From Haliotis rufescens (lineage: Eukaryota), in assembly GCF_023055435.1 (NCBI RefSeq), contig NW_025963802.1, forward strand, positions 3,472,001-3,536,000: 64,000 nucleotides of DNA, written 5' to 3'. Of the stretch, positions 61,891 through 64,000 are shown in pieces (position 1 is the stretch's first letter; each line of letters starts with the position of its first letter). The notes under the pieces were generated by a model. It did not search any database. It saw only the letters and a program-made list of their open reading frames with translations, and was not told the DNA's origin. Position numbers and translations under genes: made by a program.

Positions 61891-62844
61891 TTTTTACTTG
61901 TTGGGATTTTCTATGTCGTTGTCATTGAGTGGACGGTGAGTCTGTGTGTTTCAATTAAGAACTGACTTTCACTTTGTGTGAGTTCATCGGAGTATGAGCC
62001 TTCATAGAGTGCGGGCCAAACTGTATGAACATCGGAGGTTTTTTATATCACTATTTTCACCTCGAAGAAAGTATATAGATCAATACACAATTTTAGTTAG
62101 TACGCGTGACTTCATGTTTACACTGACATCCATACAATCCGTGGCCATTACAAGTGTTAGTCGTCATTGGTCAAACGGCCGGTCATTGAAAGGTGACTGT
62201 AAAGATGTGTCAAATAGACATTAAGGTAAATTCATAGATTGGTGTACTCTGTCACTGTCAGTCTAGACAAGGACCGAGTAAATACTACCATATTTTGGAT
62301 GTGCATTTCTTCATTTTATTTACTAGGATGGGTCGTAGCGAAGATATTCTTGAACGATCACGCAAGTCAAACTCTCCGACTTTTCTCAAATGTATACTAA
62401 AACGATAAGTTCAAGATTAAAGGGTCTGAATGATGAGAAACAACGCTTCTGTATTTATCCGTGCTTGGGAATTCCCAGGCGTTCCCCCTGTAATGATGAA
62501 GTAGTCCGTCAGTGTTTATACAGTCTCGTGAAAAACGTATGAATGTCTAATTGTGGCGTTCATACGCATTTGAAAGTCGGTTTCGTGGTCATGTGACTGA
62601 CATCTCGTCCAATAGAAAAGCCGTATGTCGTGTAAACTTTACATTGAAACATTATTCCATTTTGAACAGTGTTAAAGTAATATCACATCATGGAACACTC
62701 TTAACAATAACCCGGATCTTCGAAGTGACACTTGAAACAATATTAATTGTATTTGTTTAGTTTGTAACCGACAAAAGAAGTTTTGAGCTCACGTTATTCT
62801 TCGTCTTCAATCTGAGCTCATTCCCCTGTAATGGACACGCCATA

Positions 62845-63790
62845 TAGGTAATCACATACTACAACTATTCAGGTATTATCTTTTCATGCAGAAATAGTTT
62901 TACAAAGGCATGTGAGATCACTAGCTATGCAAGCCTTGCATATTATTAAGCGATGTATTAGAAGATATAAAGGTTTGTCCCTTGATTCAGCATTTAAATT
63001 ATTTGATGGGAAAATTCTGCCAATCCTATTATATGGTTCGGAGCTCTGGGGTATGAATTTTAATTATTCTACAGAAAAAGTGCATACTAAATTCTGCAAG
63101 TTTCTATTAAATATTAGTTACAAGGCATTGAACAAAGTTATATTGGAAAGAATGTGGTCGTTTTCCTCTATGTATAATTGTCCGTTCTAGAGTTATAGCT
63201 CACTTGATAAGAGTTACTGGACAGCCTTCTACAAGATATTCTAAACGATGTTATGATTTATAAAAGAAATTAGAATGTTTGAGATAATAACTGGGTTCCA
63301 TTTGTTCAAACTACCCTATGCCAGTCTGGTTTTGGACATGCCTCAATTTACAAAGATATCGAAAATAAAGATCTATTCATGTGTCTGTTTAAACAGAGAT
63401 GTAAAGACATTTACCAACAAGAGTGGTACAACGATATCAAAGAGTCGAAATCCTGAACGTATAATTAAAATATTTCACGCTTCAAATCACGCCAGATAGA
63501 TATCTGGTTACTATAAAGGCATAAAACTTGCGGCGAGTATCAACAAAATTTAGATGTAATTGTCAAGATTTGCATATCAGAGCTGCCAGATTTACCCAAA
63601 CAGAAAAAACTACATGATTTCCCTGCAACCATGACACAGAAGATGGATATTATGTGTTAATGATTTGCCAGGAATACATTAACATGACAATGAAATATTT
63701 ACCCAAGTATTTTATAATAAGGGCCTCTTATGAAAAAAATCTGATACTAATACAGACAGATGACATTTAAGCTCTATCTATTTTTGTATG
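62845..63790 (+). mobile_element. Decayed RTEX-like LINE, post-RT region
   Basis: FKLFDGKILPILLYGSELWG....TEKVHTKFCKFLLNIS, ECGRFPL, STRYSKRCYDL, TKFRCNCQDLHIRAARF and CNHDTEDGYYVLMICQEY. Confidence 0.82.
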
Positions 63791-63861
63791 ATATATTTCG
63801 CAAGTCTGTCTTATTTCCCCGTCAACATACAACATACGGCATTGAAATCACCAATTTATAA

Positions 63862-64000
63862 GTTCCAGCTCGGCTTTCCAAGCAAAGCACTGTGCAGAGA
63901 TGCATCCCTTGAGCGTACCACAAACATATGGCAGTGGGTTCGAATCCTGGCTCACACTGAACGTATTTCTGGGTTTGTCAGCACCATACACGAGCTTGTG
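63862..64000 (+). mobile_element. SINE family A, partial (runs off the window)
   Basis: CTGTGCAGAG.TGC.TCCCTT...GTGGGTTCGAATCC..GGTTTGTCAGCACCATAC. Confidence 0.7.

Overview
Eukaryotic, repeat-rich animal DNA with three N-gaps (about 2142-2327, 17236-17452, 31357-31530). The tRNA-derived SINEs with (ACTC)n/(AAAC)n tails and the TE fragments suggest a gastropod mollusc such as abalone; this is an inference. I can support only one host gene: a two-exon rhodopsin-class neuropeptide GPCR on the minus strand (26748-26310 joined to 9276-8483, about 410 aa, 17 kb phase-1 GT-AG intron) that resembles ecdysis-triggering-hormone receptors. The other recognisable sequence is mobile or repetitive: four SINE-like families (three share a 3' tail), decayed L2-, RTEX-like, Tx1/L1- and R4/Dong-like LINEs, Penelope-like fragments (some with hammerhead-ribozyme-like cores), a MITE family with 9-bp TSDs, a Helentron-type HINE, six minisatellite families and a 3.5 kb tandem duplication. 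The very long ORFs in the track are translations of minisatellites. There is no CRISPR array, rRNA or credible tRNA gene. I found no clearly new multi-gene system. The best leads are the double hammerhead-like mini-element in the GPCR intron, a locally templated LINE patch inside a minisatellite, and a non-tRNA structured head on one SINE-like family. All comparisons were made by eye, and many repeat boundaries are approximate.
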